Below are positions 13,111 to 25,500 of a stretch of 64,000 nt of DNA, piece after piece. Position numbers and translations under genes: made by a program. The stretch comes from Antedon mediterranea (Eukaryota > Animalia > Echinodermata): positions 434,001-498,000 of the forward strand of contig NC_092671.1 in assembly GCF_964355755.1 (NCBI RefSeq). Reading direction: 5' to 3'. The notes beneath the pieces are model-generated. The model was not told the origin of the DNA. It made no database searches and saw nothing but the letters and a program-made list of their open reading frames with translations. Each line of letters starts with the position of its first letter. Positions within the stretch are counted from its first letter, which is position 1.

Positions 13111-15461
13111 GGCAATTGAGTATTAATCTTACTCTTCTAAAGCCAGCTTCAGTGATATAATATTAATAATGTAATATCCAACATGCAGAAGTATTGCATA
13201 AAGTGCAAATTTTAAACACTTTTTAAACACTGTTGTCTTCCAAACACAACACACTCCTCCTCGGTATACTAGTTTGTGTAACCGTTACGGACGAGTGGTT
13301 TTCCCAACGTGTTGAGTACTGCTGCTGCTTCAGCATGCAGTGTTTTTAGATGTAACTATGCAAATTAGTTGATGAGATTACATACATACCGTACCCACGT
13401 GGCTCTCACACACGCGACACTCACATCTTCTTTTAAAAAAACGTCTTTTTTCCTATCGATCACGAGAACTTTTTTTATAGTTCTTTATCTTAAATTTAAA
13501 AGCAAATTTATCATATTTCATATGGGCCCTTCCTTCACTTTTGCTTTTACGTCACAATCAAGGCATTTAAGTCTTTTGGGATGTAGTAGGCCTACGTCAT
13601 ACAGTATCATCTGTATAGCAGCATATCATTATACTGTACTTAATAGTATTATTCGCTGATCAATTGGTTTAAAAAACACAAAGAAAAACTATATTTTCTA
13701 GTACATAATGGTCACTCAGTAATGTCCTGTTTAACAACCTGGGGTGTTTTTTTTTTATTGATGCCAATGCCAATTTGTCTATTATTGGTTTTAGGTAGGC
13801 CTAACTGATTGTATGGGTAGACATGCCAAAAAGAACATGCACGAGGCACACGGCTAACATGGATCGTTGCATCATTCCCCGATATTCATAAATTATGATT
13901 TATTTATTGACAACCTTGATTGAAAAACTTGATTTATAAATAGAGTTAGTTTAAGTGGCATAAGGTTAGGAGTGCCCGCCGGATGTCCGAAGATTTTAGA
14001 TAGGCCATGATAGGTGGTACACTCCTTATAATTATATGCATTCATGCGGGGAGGAAGAGCACGAATTTCAGATGTTTTCTACAACCAATAACATATTTAT
14101 GAAGGAATCGAGTCATTGCCGTCTATTTTTTCTGAGAGTGTGGCGTTGTCGAAAAGAGTGGCGGCTTCTCGCAATGCAATGTAATTTCTTTTCATTTGCA
14201 GCACAACCAACAAAAAGTTGTCAACATAGAGAGGGCGGCAACCTCTTTTACACTTCTACCAAAGACAGTAGCCAGTCTATCTTTGTTTGTGACTGTTCAA
14301 AATGCGTATGTCAGGCGCGGATTTAGATTTTGAAAAATAATACGTATTCACTTACGGCATTTTTATAAAAATAAGGAATAATTAACTGAAACATTGGTTC
14401 TATCATTCCATCGGATCAATTTTCTAAAACGTCCATTAAAGTTAACATTCAACCAATCGTAATCATATAGCACGCACGCTCGAACGGCCGCGGCCGGTAT
14501 TGTATTTTTACGCCAAGATATAGTTCAGTAGGCCTACATGTGCTTTTTCGTCTGAGAAATATGCTAAAGTGCTCAAACAGGGGTATTTTCTCGATATACC
14601 TTTATGTTAATAAATAAACAAGACCAATAAAACAGATGCGATACATTCAATCTTTAATGAATCAGACCATACGAGAAATTCAGATTTATATAAATTTTAC
14701 ACACAACAAAGTCTACTCTTAGCCATCAAAATACTGGCCAGAACACACGAAACGTCAGCATTAAATCGTTTAAATGTTACTGCAAATCAATAATTAACTG
14801 TCATTACACTACATTGATAACTTTACGTAGGCCTATAAATTCATTACGTTACATGAACAACATGATTTGACAAGTGAATCGTTATATTAACTTTTTAATT
14901 TTGTATCTATTTATTATCATTGTAATGTATTTTGTCGTATGGGTCGAACCTACGAGTGTTCCTCCGTTTTTTAAGGAAAGTAACTTATAAATATTATATT
15001 CAATATTACAACTAATGATACTCTTCTATAAATTTGCACATTCAATATTATTCCTGGTTAACGATTTTTAACTAAACTATGGATATGAATAATTATGTTT
15101 TTACCTATTTAATCATATTTTATTGTTTGCTTATTTGTTGTGTTTATATTGTACTTGACAAAAAGAAACTTTTATAGCCAAAGTGCTTGACGAAATAAAT
15201 CAATTAAGTGGCGCTGTTACAATTACTATTTAAGTATTTCATTGTGCTTGCGTCTGTGACATTTTTGAAATATAACTTGCTTTCTCGGTGAGAACTGTAT
15301 CATATATATTATTATTTACATCCCGTTTTACTCGGTATTTTGTTGACAAATATGAAAATAGATATAATGAACGTTTAGCGACTTACATAATACCATATTT
15401 GATTAATATCTAATAAACATTTCCCTTCAAAATTACATGATTACGATTTCTGTCATCAATG

Positions 15462-16828
15462 TTAAACATTAAATAAAGAAAGTACTTCTTCAGGTGTTAA
15501 TGAAATATTAAACAGTTTAACTTCGTCCATTAACCCAAGGAAATACCTGTCGTTCCTACCAACACCCATTTGTCCGATCGTAACTCTATTTGGGCTTGTT
15601 ACGATTGGGCCGCTACAGCAACTGGTACCAGCAACTGCCGGTTGCATCACTCCATTCAAATAGAATAACAATTCTGTCCCATTATAAGTCATGGCAACAT
15701 GCTGCCACTCGTCATAGTTAAACGGTAGTTCTGCATATGCCGCAGGAGGGTACGACACTGACGCCGTCAACTGATGATATCCCGCACGTGTACGAATTTC
15801 CCAGGTCCCAGATGTTTTGAATCCATTGTTAAGAAGCCCCATTGGACTAAGTGTTTGATTGTATGTCATAAACCATAGGCTTGCCGACAATTCTGAACCA
15901 TAATCAAAGTTCTCAAAACTTGTTACCAATACTCTAGTTGTGCCGCTTAAGTTCAGTGCCGCTCCAATTATTCCCGTCGGCGTGTAATCATAATTGTTGC
16001 CTTCGATAACGCCATGACGTGAATTGCCAGAGGTATCATTCACATTGCTTTCAAAAGCATAGTGCGCAATTAAGTATGTGCTTATATTTCGCTGGTAGAT
16101 GGTCTCGCTTGGTCGATCTTCATATCTGAAATATTGGTTTATTTTATCAAAATTTATTTTATAAATCAGAATAAAATTATTATCCACCACTTTCCAATAA
16201 TATAATATTTCATTGTTAAAATTTGATGAGTGATACAATTTTGGAAAGGTCCTCAATCGACAACTGAATCTCAATCATCATCATCATCACTGCTGCTGTC
16301 GCCATATTGTTGTTGAGTGGTAAGAGAAGGCTCCATGGCGGTGGTGAAATACGACTCAGTAGTTAGAGATGGATCAGTATTGAGAAATGGTGGAGTACTA
16401 AAGGAAGTTACAGTGTAAAATGGTGGTTCTACTACTGATTCAGTAGTAAGGGGAGGTGATTCGGTGGTAAGAAAAGATTGTTCGGCGGTAAAAGAAGATT
16501 GTTCGGCGGTAAGAGAAGATTTTTCGGCGGTAAGAGAAGATTGTTCGGTGGTGGTAAGAGAAGATTTTTCGGTGGTAAAAGAAGACTGTTCGGTGATAAA
16601 AGACGGTTGTGCGGCAAGAGGTACTACTACTACTGTGATGGGAATGTCTAAAGTAGGCATAGTAAGCCCAGTAGATCTTCTAACATACCTGACACACTTT
16701 TTCGTCTTTATATCAACACATTTATATTCTCCTTCCACCAATACGCTTGTCTGTTGATTCGGGCAAACGTTACTTTCACCAAGTCTTGCTGCTACACTTA
16801 GAAACACCATCAGATTAAGGAACCGCAT
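15462..16828 (-). CDS. Secreted protein with a Laminin_G_3/ConA-like (pentraxin-like) jelly-roll domain; spliced model 16689-16828 + 15462-16125, about 267 aa
   Basis: Signal peptide MRFLNLMVFLSVAARLGES. Donor gtcag|gtatgt (phase 2) joins acceptor atttcag|A TAT GAA in frame (KKCVR-YEDRPS). LamG3 motifs LIAHYAFE..NDTSGN, WQHVAMTYNG, FYLNG, FLGLMDEVKLFNISLTPEEV. Confidence 0.8.
16271..16828 (-). CDS. Unspliced/intron-retaining reading of the same gene: 185-aa secreted Thr/Ser/Glu-rich mucin-like protein with a DSSSDDDDD tail
   Basis: Uninterrupted ORF from the same ATG through the predicted intron, with 7-aa repeats (TAEQSSL-like) and a poly-Asp end. Confidence 0.5.
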   Translation of the reverse strand: MRFLNLMVFLSVAARLGESNVCPNQQTSVLVEGEYKCVDIKTKKCVRYVRRSTGLTMPTLDIPITVVVVPLAAQPSFITEQSSFTTEKSSLTTTEQSSLTAEKSSLTAEQSSFTAEQSFLTTESPPLTTESVVEPPFYTVTSFSTPPFLNTDPSLTTESYFTTAMEPSLTTQQQYGDSSSDDDDD

Positions 16829-17901
16829 CTGGTATTTAAAAACAACATTTTTACTAATAAGTCATTCGAACTTACTATAACTGTCGTCGTCACGATTGTC
16901 TTAAAAAAAAAAACTGTACAATTCCATAGTAGCAAGTCAATTCTACTTTGAACATCACAATGATTGTTTTGGGGTTTTTTGGAACATGCATTTTTGTTTC
17001 TTAATTGAACAATTCTAATTGGGATATTTCAGATGTGTGTGAACATTAAGACATTAACTTGAAACATACAAATTGCACCATGGAGATTGACCACAAGCAG
17101 TTCGTCAAAGATGCACCATTTACCAGTAACATGATCACGGAGCTATGAAATTAGATAGCTCCATGCTCAAGCTTTACTGAATTTAGTTTTGTCCAATTGT
17201 GAATGTAAAAAAATATTGAATACGTTAGCACATATTTACTTACCATTCTCTTGCCTTCCTTATCGAGACACCAACAGCATAACAATATCAAGCACTTGCT
17301 TTTAAGTTGTAAGTATGGTATCCATGTATCCTTGAATTGATATTAAAACGATAGGTATTGAATTTGTTAAATTAAAAATGAATCAACACACATTTACTAG
17401 CCATTCTCCTGCCTTGACTATCTAAGATACAAGTAACAATACATATTTACTAGCCATTCTCCTGCCTTGACTATCTAAGATACAAGTAACAATACAAATC
17501 ACTTGATGTTATTGCATTGCAAGTACTAACGAGATAGAAAACCTTGGATTCAAATTAAAACTTCATGTATTCTATTATAATCTAAAAGCCTGAAATATCC
17601 TGTAGGTGGTACAATAACTTGTGAAAGCAATGCAAGTATAATGCCTATTCTAATATATATGAACTCATTATCCTACAAACACACTAAAGTGTAGGCCTAA
17701 CGACCTGGTTTTTCTGGTTTCAAACTAATATTTCTAATACAGTTCATTTTATAAAAGACTAAACTTATAATTACAATCAATTGGCAAAAAACCTTTACTT
17801 CTCCGTTGCTCAATACAAAGCTATACTTCACTGCTGTATATTTAAGACTGTAAGCTTTAGCTCTGACATAGACGCAACGCAACGTAGTAAGGGTAAGGTA
17901 A

Positions 17902-18078
17902 TGCTTGGTTCCCACTGCAGACCCAACACAAGGACGTAACGCAACTAAGTTGACCAATCACAAGCGATCTTGTCATTGATCAACCACAATTTTAGATGAT
18001 TTCATCGCGTCGTGATTGGTCAAATCACTTGCGGTGCGCTTTACCTCCCTTGCGTTGCGTCCAATTTGGAACCGACCT
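17902..18078. mobile_element. MITE family B copy (TIR GCTTGGTTCCCACT...ACGCAACGCAA)
   Basis: Palindromic layout with internal TTGACCAATCAC / GTGATTGGTCAA; related copies at 18525, ~55450 and 57830. Confidence 0.7.
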
Positions 18079-18524
18079 TTCGTAACACGACCATTCTAAA
18101 CTTGATAGATCTCCAACCAGTTGGTGACAATGCGTGATGGCAATCGTATTATCAATGCGAAAAGTAAGTAGGCAATGTTACCATACATTGGCTTTGCAAT
18201 AAGAAAATCGTGAACTAGCCTACTCAAACTCAAGACAACAAAATACAGATGACAAAGTGATTTCTCGCTAACAATGTTTGTCTTTACTGATTCTCTTGCG
18301 CCATGTCCTGCCTGCGTACTACATGTATTGTTTAATGTCCATTGTTACGGACACGACACACGAGTTCGCCAAGATACTTTAGTCAATTCATTTTATGTAG
18401 CAAATGTGGAGAAGAGTTTTTGCATTGCGAATTGTTTCACCAGAGAAAACACGTATGGAACGCAATAACGCGCGTACATGCTTATAGTTGGCGGGAACAA
18501 AAATCAGTGTTAAATTCCACATTG

Positions 18525-18688
18525 CGTTTGGTTCCCACTCTTGGACGCGACGCACCCACGTAGTCGCAGCGAAAGTGATTTGACCAATCACAAGCGGCAG
18601 TTCCAATGATCCACCGCATCATGATTGGTCAAATTGCTTACGTTGTGCTTACGTTATTGCGTTGCGTGCGCAACTAGAAACCATGCTT
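18525..18688. mobile_element. MITE family B copy
   Basis: ttggttcccact...ttgaccaatcacaagcg...tgattggtcaa...ttgcgttgcg...aaaccatgc. Confidence 0.7.
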
Positions 18689-19923
18689 AAACCTTATATT
18701 GCTGTTTTGTGTTCGTTTATACATTTACATATTCTACTTAAATGTCCTCCCCCTGATAATCTAACCTAAGTTTGCATTATTATTAGGTATCCACTTTTTT
18801 TACAATTAACAAAATTCTAGGAATAATTAGATTCTACATTCTTTGAAAATTCCTTATGTTGTTGATTCATTCATTTAAAAATTTAAAAAAAGCTATTAAA
18901 ATAAATGAAAATTAGCACAATAAAGTAGACTGCATTTGTAAGTCCACTCCAACAACACTAGGGGTTAAATTACTGTTTTGTTTAAGTCACAGGAGAAATA
19001 CAAGGCCCACCGCAAATATCATGTAAAATCCCTTTGATAATTAATACTTTTATGACAATGATATATTAACATTTAAATCACGCACCTAACAATTAATTTA
19101 TTGGCAATGTCTCAAACTGGTGAATTAAAGGTAGATTAAAGAATTAACACTCGATATGATTCCCGTCCAAAATTCATTGTAAAATTGAGAAAATATAGTT
19201 TATCAACAAGTAGCTGTATCACTCACTCTCATTACAAATTGAACATACTAATCCAAGTATTATCAAAACAATGGAATAAAGCACACAACTTCATATTGTT
19301 TTCGGATTAATCCACTATCAATATTAGCCTATAAATACAAAATAATAAATCATAAAAATACTATCTATTGAATTCTATAAGGACAATAATCGTCTAAATT
19401 GATGATAGATATTGCTTTAATTTGTATCAAACATTGTATATTAGCTTTACCATCTTATATAATATAAAAATGTACTTGTAAAAATGACACAAATTAAGCA
19501 ATGGTTTTGTAAGCGACGACAGCCTAAATTGGCATACACTTTGTGGTGACGCTGCAGTATGCATTATATATTATATAAAATGTCTGAATAATAAACCATC
19601 AATAAATTAATTGAAATATTAGCTTGATATAAAAAGTATCAATTTAATATTCTATTACAGTTACTACTTATAATAAATTACTGATGATGGAGAGTTACAG
19701 TGAATTTTACACACTTTAGTACCTTGAATGTTGTTGAACCAAACAAACAGAAATGACTGTGCTTGGTCTGATTTGTACAATGTTGTAATTGTATGATTAA
19801 AAGAGGAATACAAATCTAATCCCCTGCATTATCTAAATGTGTAACAAGGATCACACACTGGTATCACTAGCAAGCAACCCTGCTCCCAAACTATTTCACA
19901 ACATCCAGATTTAAACCGTCAAT

Positions 19924-20500
19924 GTACAACCGATACAACACATCAGTCACATATGTAACCAATACCACATACGGGTCACATATACAACCGATAGCACATA
20001 TCGGTCACATATACAACAGATACCACATATCGGTCACATATACAACCGATACCACATACCGGTCACATATACAACCGATACCACATATCGGTCACATATA
20101 CAACCGATACCACATATCGGTCACATATACAACAGATACCACATATCGGTCACATATACAACCGATATCGCATATCGGTCACATATATAACCGATACCAC
20201 ATATTGGTTACATATACAACCAATACCACATATCGGTCACACATACAACCAATACCACATATCGGTCACATATACAACCAATACCACATATCGGTCACAT
20301 ATACAACCAATACCACATATCGGTCACATATACAACCAATACCACATATCGGTCACATATACAACCAATACCACATATCGGTCACATATACAACCAATAC
20401 CACATATCAGTTACATATACAACCAATACCACATATCGGTCACACACACAACCAATACCACATATCGGTCACATATACAACCAATACCACATATCGGTCA
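19924..20500. repeat. Minisatellite, 28-bp unit x~20
   Basis: Unit ATATACAACCRATACCACATATCGGTCA(C). Confidence 0.95.
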
Positions 20501-21365
20501 TGCTTAGTACATTAGTACACATGTACATTAATTTATTCTTCAACCTTGTTTAAGTAGGTATGATATGCCTTAAACATTTTAGTGATGGCCAATAGCTTTG
20601 GAAACAGGGTATTTGAACACAATAAATAGCAAGCAACTAAAAGAACACCTTTTAGCTACCTAAAAATGATTATTCAACATCTAGAAATCTGCGTTAGTAC
20701 AAAAGGGTTTCAGGTTTAGGACAAGCCTAGCACTTTTTATTATTATTATTTTTAATTTTTTTTTTGTATTTGTCTCATCTCTTATCTATAGCAAATTATT
20801 AAAAATCGTTCATAAAGCTCTGATGACCCTAAGAGCCATATTGGTTAGAATGGCATACTATTTGTGAAGAATCAACAACTGCAGAAATGCCTGGCTGGGA
20901 TAATAACTTACTGTTTTTTATAATCTCTATTTGAGAATTATTTTTTATATTGCCAAAAAAAGTGGTTCTAAAAAAATGTAAAATAAATGATAAATATACT
21001 CATAAATGCCTACAATTCTAATAGAATTGTTAAAAATATATGGTTTTTCATATAATTATACTGTACAACTAAAATTAGGTATCTAAAAAACAAATACAAA
21101 CAGAGGATAGTTCAGCAGTAGTAATGTCTGTAATTGTAGTGTGCCAGCCATATCTGCAGAAAGTGATCTTTTAAATATAAATCAGAAATACCAAAAAGCA
21201 AATCTATAAATAGGTGAATATACAGACATCAAGGCAACTTTTTGGCAGGAAGCACTGAAATCACAAGTTGTCCATTTACAGACTGTTCAAAAACAGCATA
21301 TCCATTTCCATGTATTTGTTGGGGTAAAAAAGGAACTAATCTACAGAAGAGACCCACTACAAACT

Positions 21366-21828
21366 GCTCAACTGTAGCATTACATACTTGTCTATGGTGT
21401 TTGGGATTGTATGAGGGCTGGCACTCAACTGTAGCATTACATACTTGACTATAGTGTTTGGGATTGTATGAGGGCTGGCGCTCAACTGTAGCATTACATA
21501 CTTGTCTATGGTGTTTGGGATTGTATGAGGGCTGGCGCTCAACTGTAGCATTACATACTTGTCTATGGTGTTTGGGATTGTATGAGGGCTGGCGCTCAAC
21601 TGTAGCATTACATACTTGTCTATGGTGTTTGGGATTGTATGAGGGCTGGCGCTCAACTGTAGCATTACATACTTGTCTATGGTGTTTGGGATTGTATGAG
21701 GGCTGGCGCTCAACTGTAGCATTACATACTTGTCTATGGTGTTTGGGATTGTATGAGGGCTGGCGCTCAACTGTAGCATTACATACTTGTCTATGATGTA
21801 TGTGTTTGGGATTGTATGAGGGCTGGCA
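21366..21828. repeat. Minisatellite, 54-bp unit x~8.5 (downstream of or in the 3'UTR of PPP1R12)
   Basis: Unit CTCAACTGTAGCATTACATACTTGTCTATGGTGTTTGGGATTGTATGAGGGCTGGCG-like. Confidence 0.95.
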
Positions 21829-22063
21829 ATTCAATATAATTTAATATATGCATGTATGTATATTATGTACAATATTATATGAGTGTACCAAAAAATGGTA
21901 AAATGAGCATTTTTTTTTACTACAGTAGGAGGTAGCTTGCTTGACAGGCAAACATGGCATAACAACTTGGGTGCAATTATCATCTTCACAGCTCTCATTA
22001 GAAACTTCACGATTGCATGACACAACACTACAGAGCAGGGCTACAAATATCTACACATACTTG

Positions 22064-22263
22064 CATTGTGATAGCTCACACATCCGCACCAAGGCCTGTT
22101 CAGTCATGACAACACGTGTAGACATTGTGATAGCTCACACATCCGCACCAAGGCCTGTTCAGTCATGACAACACGTGTAGACATGTGTAGACATTGTTAT
22201 AGCTCACACATCCGCACCAAGGCCTGTTCAGTCATGACAACACGTGTAGACATGTGTAGACAT
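22064..22263. repeat. Tandem repeat, ~59-70-bp unit x3
   Basis: CATTGTGATAGCTCACACATCCGCACCAAGGCCTGTTCAGTCATGACAACACGTGTAGA repeated. Confidence 0.9.
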
Positions 22264-22429
22264 TTATTGTCTCTAGTTCCTTTGAGGTTTTTAGCATTGT
22301 GTCATGCAATAGTCCCTACTATCAACTACTTGACAGCAAACACAAACGAACGGCCAGTGCCGATGCTTCCATCTTGAAATGTTCATCTTTGTTTCAATAA
22401 ATGTTTTTATTTTTCAAGACGCTGGCTGG

Positions 22430-22516
22430 TTATTTTGACAACTTGCTTATGACTCTAACCAAGGCTCCGTTCTCATCTTTTAACCTCTGATTGTCTTGTT
22501 TAAGTTGATCAATAGT
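22430..22516 (-). CDS. PPP1R12A: PPP1R12 last coding exon, leucine zipper (PKG-interacting)
   Basis: [28 protein letters not shown] (TAA); AATAAA about 20 nt downstream. Confidence 0.95.
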   Translation of the reverse strand, partial: TIDQLKQDNQRLKDENGALVRVISKLSK

Positions 22517-25500
22517 CTGAAACAAATGCAATCAGAGAAGACAATTAATACCACACAGTGAAATGATGTTCCCATCATCACTAAATAAACCAATCACAAC
22601 CATCACAACCACTATCACCATCACAACCATCAGAACACCATATACTTACCCTCATCACCAGACATATCATACTTACTCACAATCACAATCACTATCATCA
22701 AACCATTAAATTAAGTTTAGGTCTAACATCATTTTCATCAGAATCAATATCACCAGCAGAAGGATCCCAACAGAAACAAGTCAACAGACTTATTGGGCTA
22801 TCCTCGGTGTGTAACATCAAATATAACAACAACTCTATCATCACATTCATTATTAGTTTCTTCATCACACAATCAATCATCATTAGCATCAATTCCCCCC
22901 CCCCCCCCCTTTATCACAATTATCAGCATCACTACTTTCAAACCACCAGAACACCACACTATCAAGCCAAACTTGCATGCACAAACTTAGTTTGTTTTAA
23001 ATATTCAATAAAATACAAGAAACTTATTATACCACGCAACTTAGTAAAAACATTAAAGAAATCAACAATATTCACTTGTTTCATGTTTTCATTGTTATAA
23101 TTAGTGACTTTTAGAATGCATGCAGCAGCACATGCTCCTTACAGACTAGGCATTGTGATAGCTTCTACATCTACTACCAAGTTTAAACATTTGTTGTACT
23201 ACTGAATCGATGTCTGTACGCAATTTAATACGTTTGTAAGGCTTTTGGTGCTGCAGCATACAATCAAAAGTCTCTATCATTAGTACTCATTCTTTAACAC
23301 GTCCAATTTATCAAACAATTTTGTAAACAAATCTTCTTTAAGATTAGATTGATCTTTAACAAATTAAGTAGAAACAGCAAATCATGTGTGAAGACACTGG
23401 TAGTAGTAGAAATAGCAAGATTTACATTAGTTGCTGAGGAAAATGTTTACTTACAGTTGATGGTATAAAATGGGATAATAACCTTTTTGGCATAGATTTG
23501 ATAATAAAACGTTATTCCGAATTATATTATTAATCAAAAGTAACCAGGAGATACAAGAAAGGTGTTACAAATACTGTAACATAAAACAAACATAGGGGAG
23601 ACGCTACACATAATACTAATGGCAACAAATGGAATAAGGTAGTTAAATCTAAAAGATACATAAACAATACAACAAAGATAAGACAAAGATAAGACAAAGA
23701 AGGATTATTGGGAAATAACTGATCAAAGACACTGGCATAGATACTATACTTAAAACTAGAAATTGTAACATTTTCATATTTTTCGAAATTGACAAAACAC
23801 CAACTTATTTGCCATTTTAAAAAGAATAGAAAGTTGTTATATAATAATTTACCCTAAGGAAAGAAACGGTTTAGTTAATAACCTATATAAATAACCTAAG
23901 AGAAAAATAGAAAGATTTAGAAAATAGATTGAAGTAAGGAATAGAGACGAAGATGAAAAAGATGAGGCCTAGAAGAGAAGACATCAATATACTGTGGAGA
24001 TCAATTTCATACCTTAAGTTCTTCCTCCATTTCCGACAACTTCCTCTCCAATGCTCTTTTTTCCTGTAAAAAATAAATAATTCAATTACAGTACTAAAAA
24101 CATTAATATAAATAAAAATATCAAATTTGATTGCCTTGAGTGCTATTCTTATAAAGATAGCTACGGCAGAAAAACAAGAAATATTGGATACGCCCCGGTT
24201 TACAGTTTCTTACCCGTTTTTCATTATCATAACCCTTTGTATCTATATGTTCTGATTTACTCTGCGCCCTCTCCAATTGGACCTTCTGATTTGCAAATTC
24301 CTTTTCTTTATTTCGTAACTTCTCCTCAAGTTTCTCAATTTGTGATTGTTGTTCATCAAAAAGCTGAAACATGACAAAAACTCAGATTAATTTTATTTCA
24401 TCATATGTTAAAACACTCTCCAGAGACAAAATGTTAAAAGAATGTTTTAAATTACACAAAAAAAATGATGTACCTTTTTACAATTTTGGCATGGTGTGGT
24501 GTTTACTCGATCCCTAGATGATACGTAACTACTGGAGTCTCGTAGACTATTCCTACTATGACGGTCAAGTATAGATGATGTATCGCTACCATACCTGTGA
24601 TTAATATGCAATAATTAACTTAAATTTATATAATCATTATATTTTCCACAAAAGAAAAAAGTATTGTTAATAATTTCTGTACCTGCTGCTTGAGATGGAG
24701 CTAGTTGAGGCTGAGCGGGCAGTGCCTGATCTTTCTGGAGGCTGTAAAAATATAAAAAAATCTTGGTTACAATAATGACCTTTGATAAATAATGCAAAAA
24801 TATTCCCCACAAAATGTAATTCTTTTTATCCCAGTAAAATCAGTTTTACAGTTGGTATACAGTACGCCATTTGTTTTAAGGTTGAAAATATCTTGAAATA
24901 TCGCTGGTTGTTTCTTTTATCACATCTATATCATTCTTTAAAAAAATCTTTATGTTTTAATTCATTATGAATATTGCTTTTATGTTACGCTGATAGTAAG
25001 TTTATAAAAATTACTGTAAAGAGACAAAAAATAAATTAAAATATTCAAAGAAATTGACTTCAGTGTCAGCTTATGTGAGTCATAGTCTTTATGCAAGAAT
25101 CACAACATTCTTAAGATTAACATTAATGATATGCAGCACCGCTTGTTGCAACGGATATATTAATAAGATCTTCTAATAAATAAACTTAATATCATTCTTA
25201 GAAATGTGTATATTACAAAGGATCTACCAGGGAATGTAGGCCAGGTAATTCTTAAGCACGTTTCTAATTTCAATGAAATATTAATTTTATACAACAACCT
25301 TTTGAAAACAAGGATATCATCACAGGTATTACTGTTAAGTGGGTGAGAAGGTGGTAAAATATAAAATGCAACACTGTAACGTAAACTTCAAATGTATCAT
25401 TAATGGCAAAAATGTATTCAAAGTAAATTAAAATCTACTGTGGACATTGGACTCATGTTAAGGGTGGTGTTAAGTTTGTACAGTAGCTTATTATTAACAC

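Noticed and set aside
16126-16274. N-terminal part of the 270-aa ORF (MRFSCRLRTF...) or a programmed frameshift linking it to the mucin ORF
   Set aside because: Non-ATG start, AT-rich intron-like composition and a canonical acceptor at 16126; splicing explains the layout more simply.
19922-21834. His/Thr-rich and Cys-rich repeat ORFs
   Set aside because: Translations of the 28-bp and 54-bp arrays; open on both strands.
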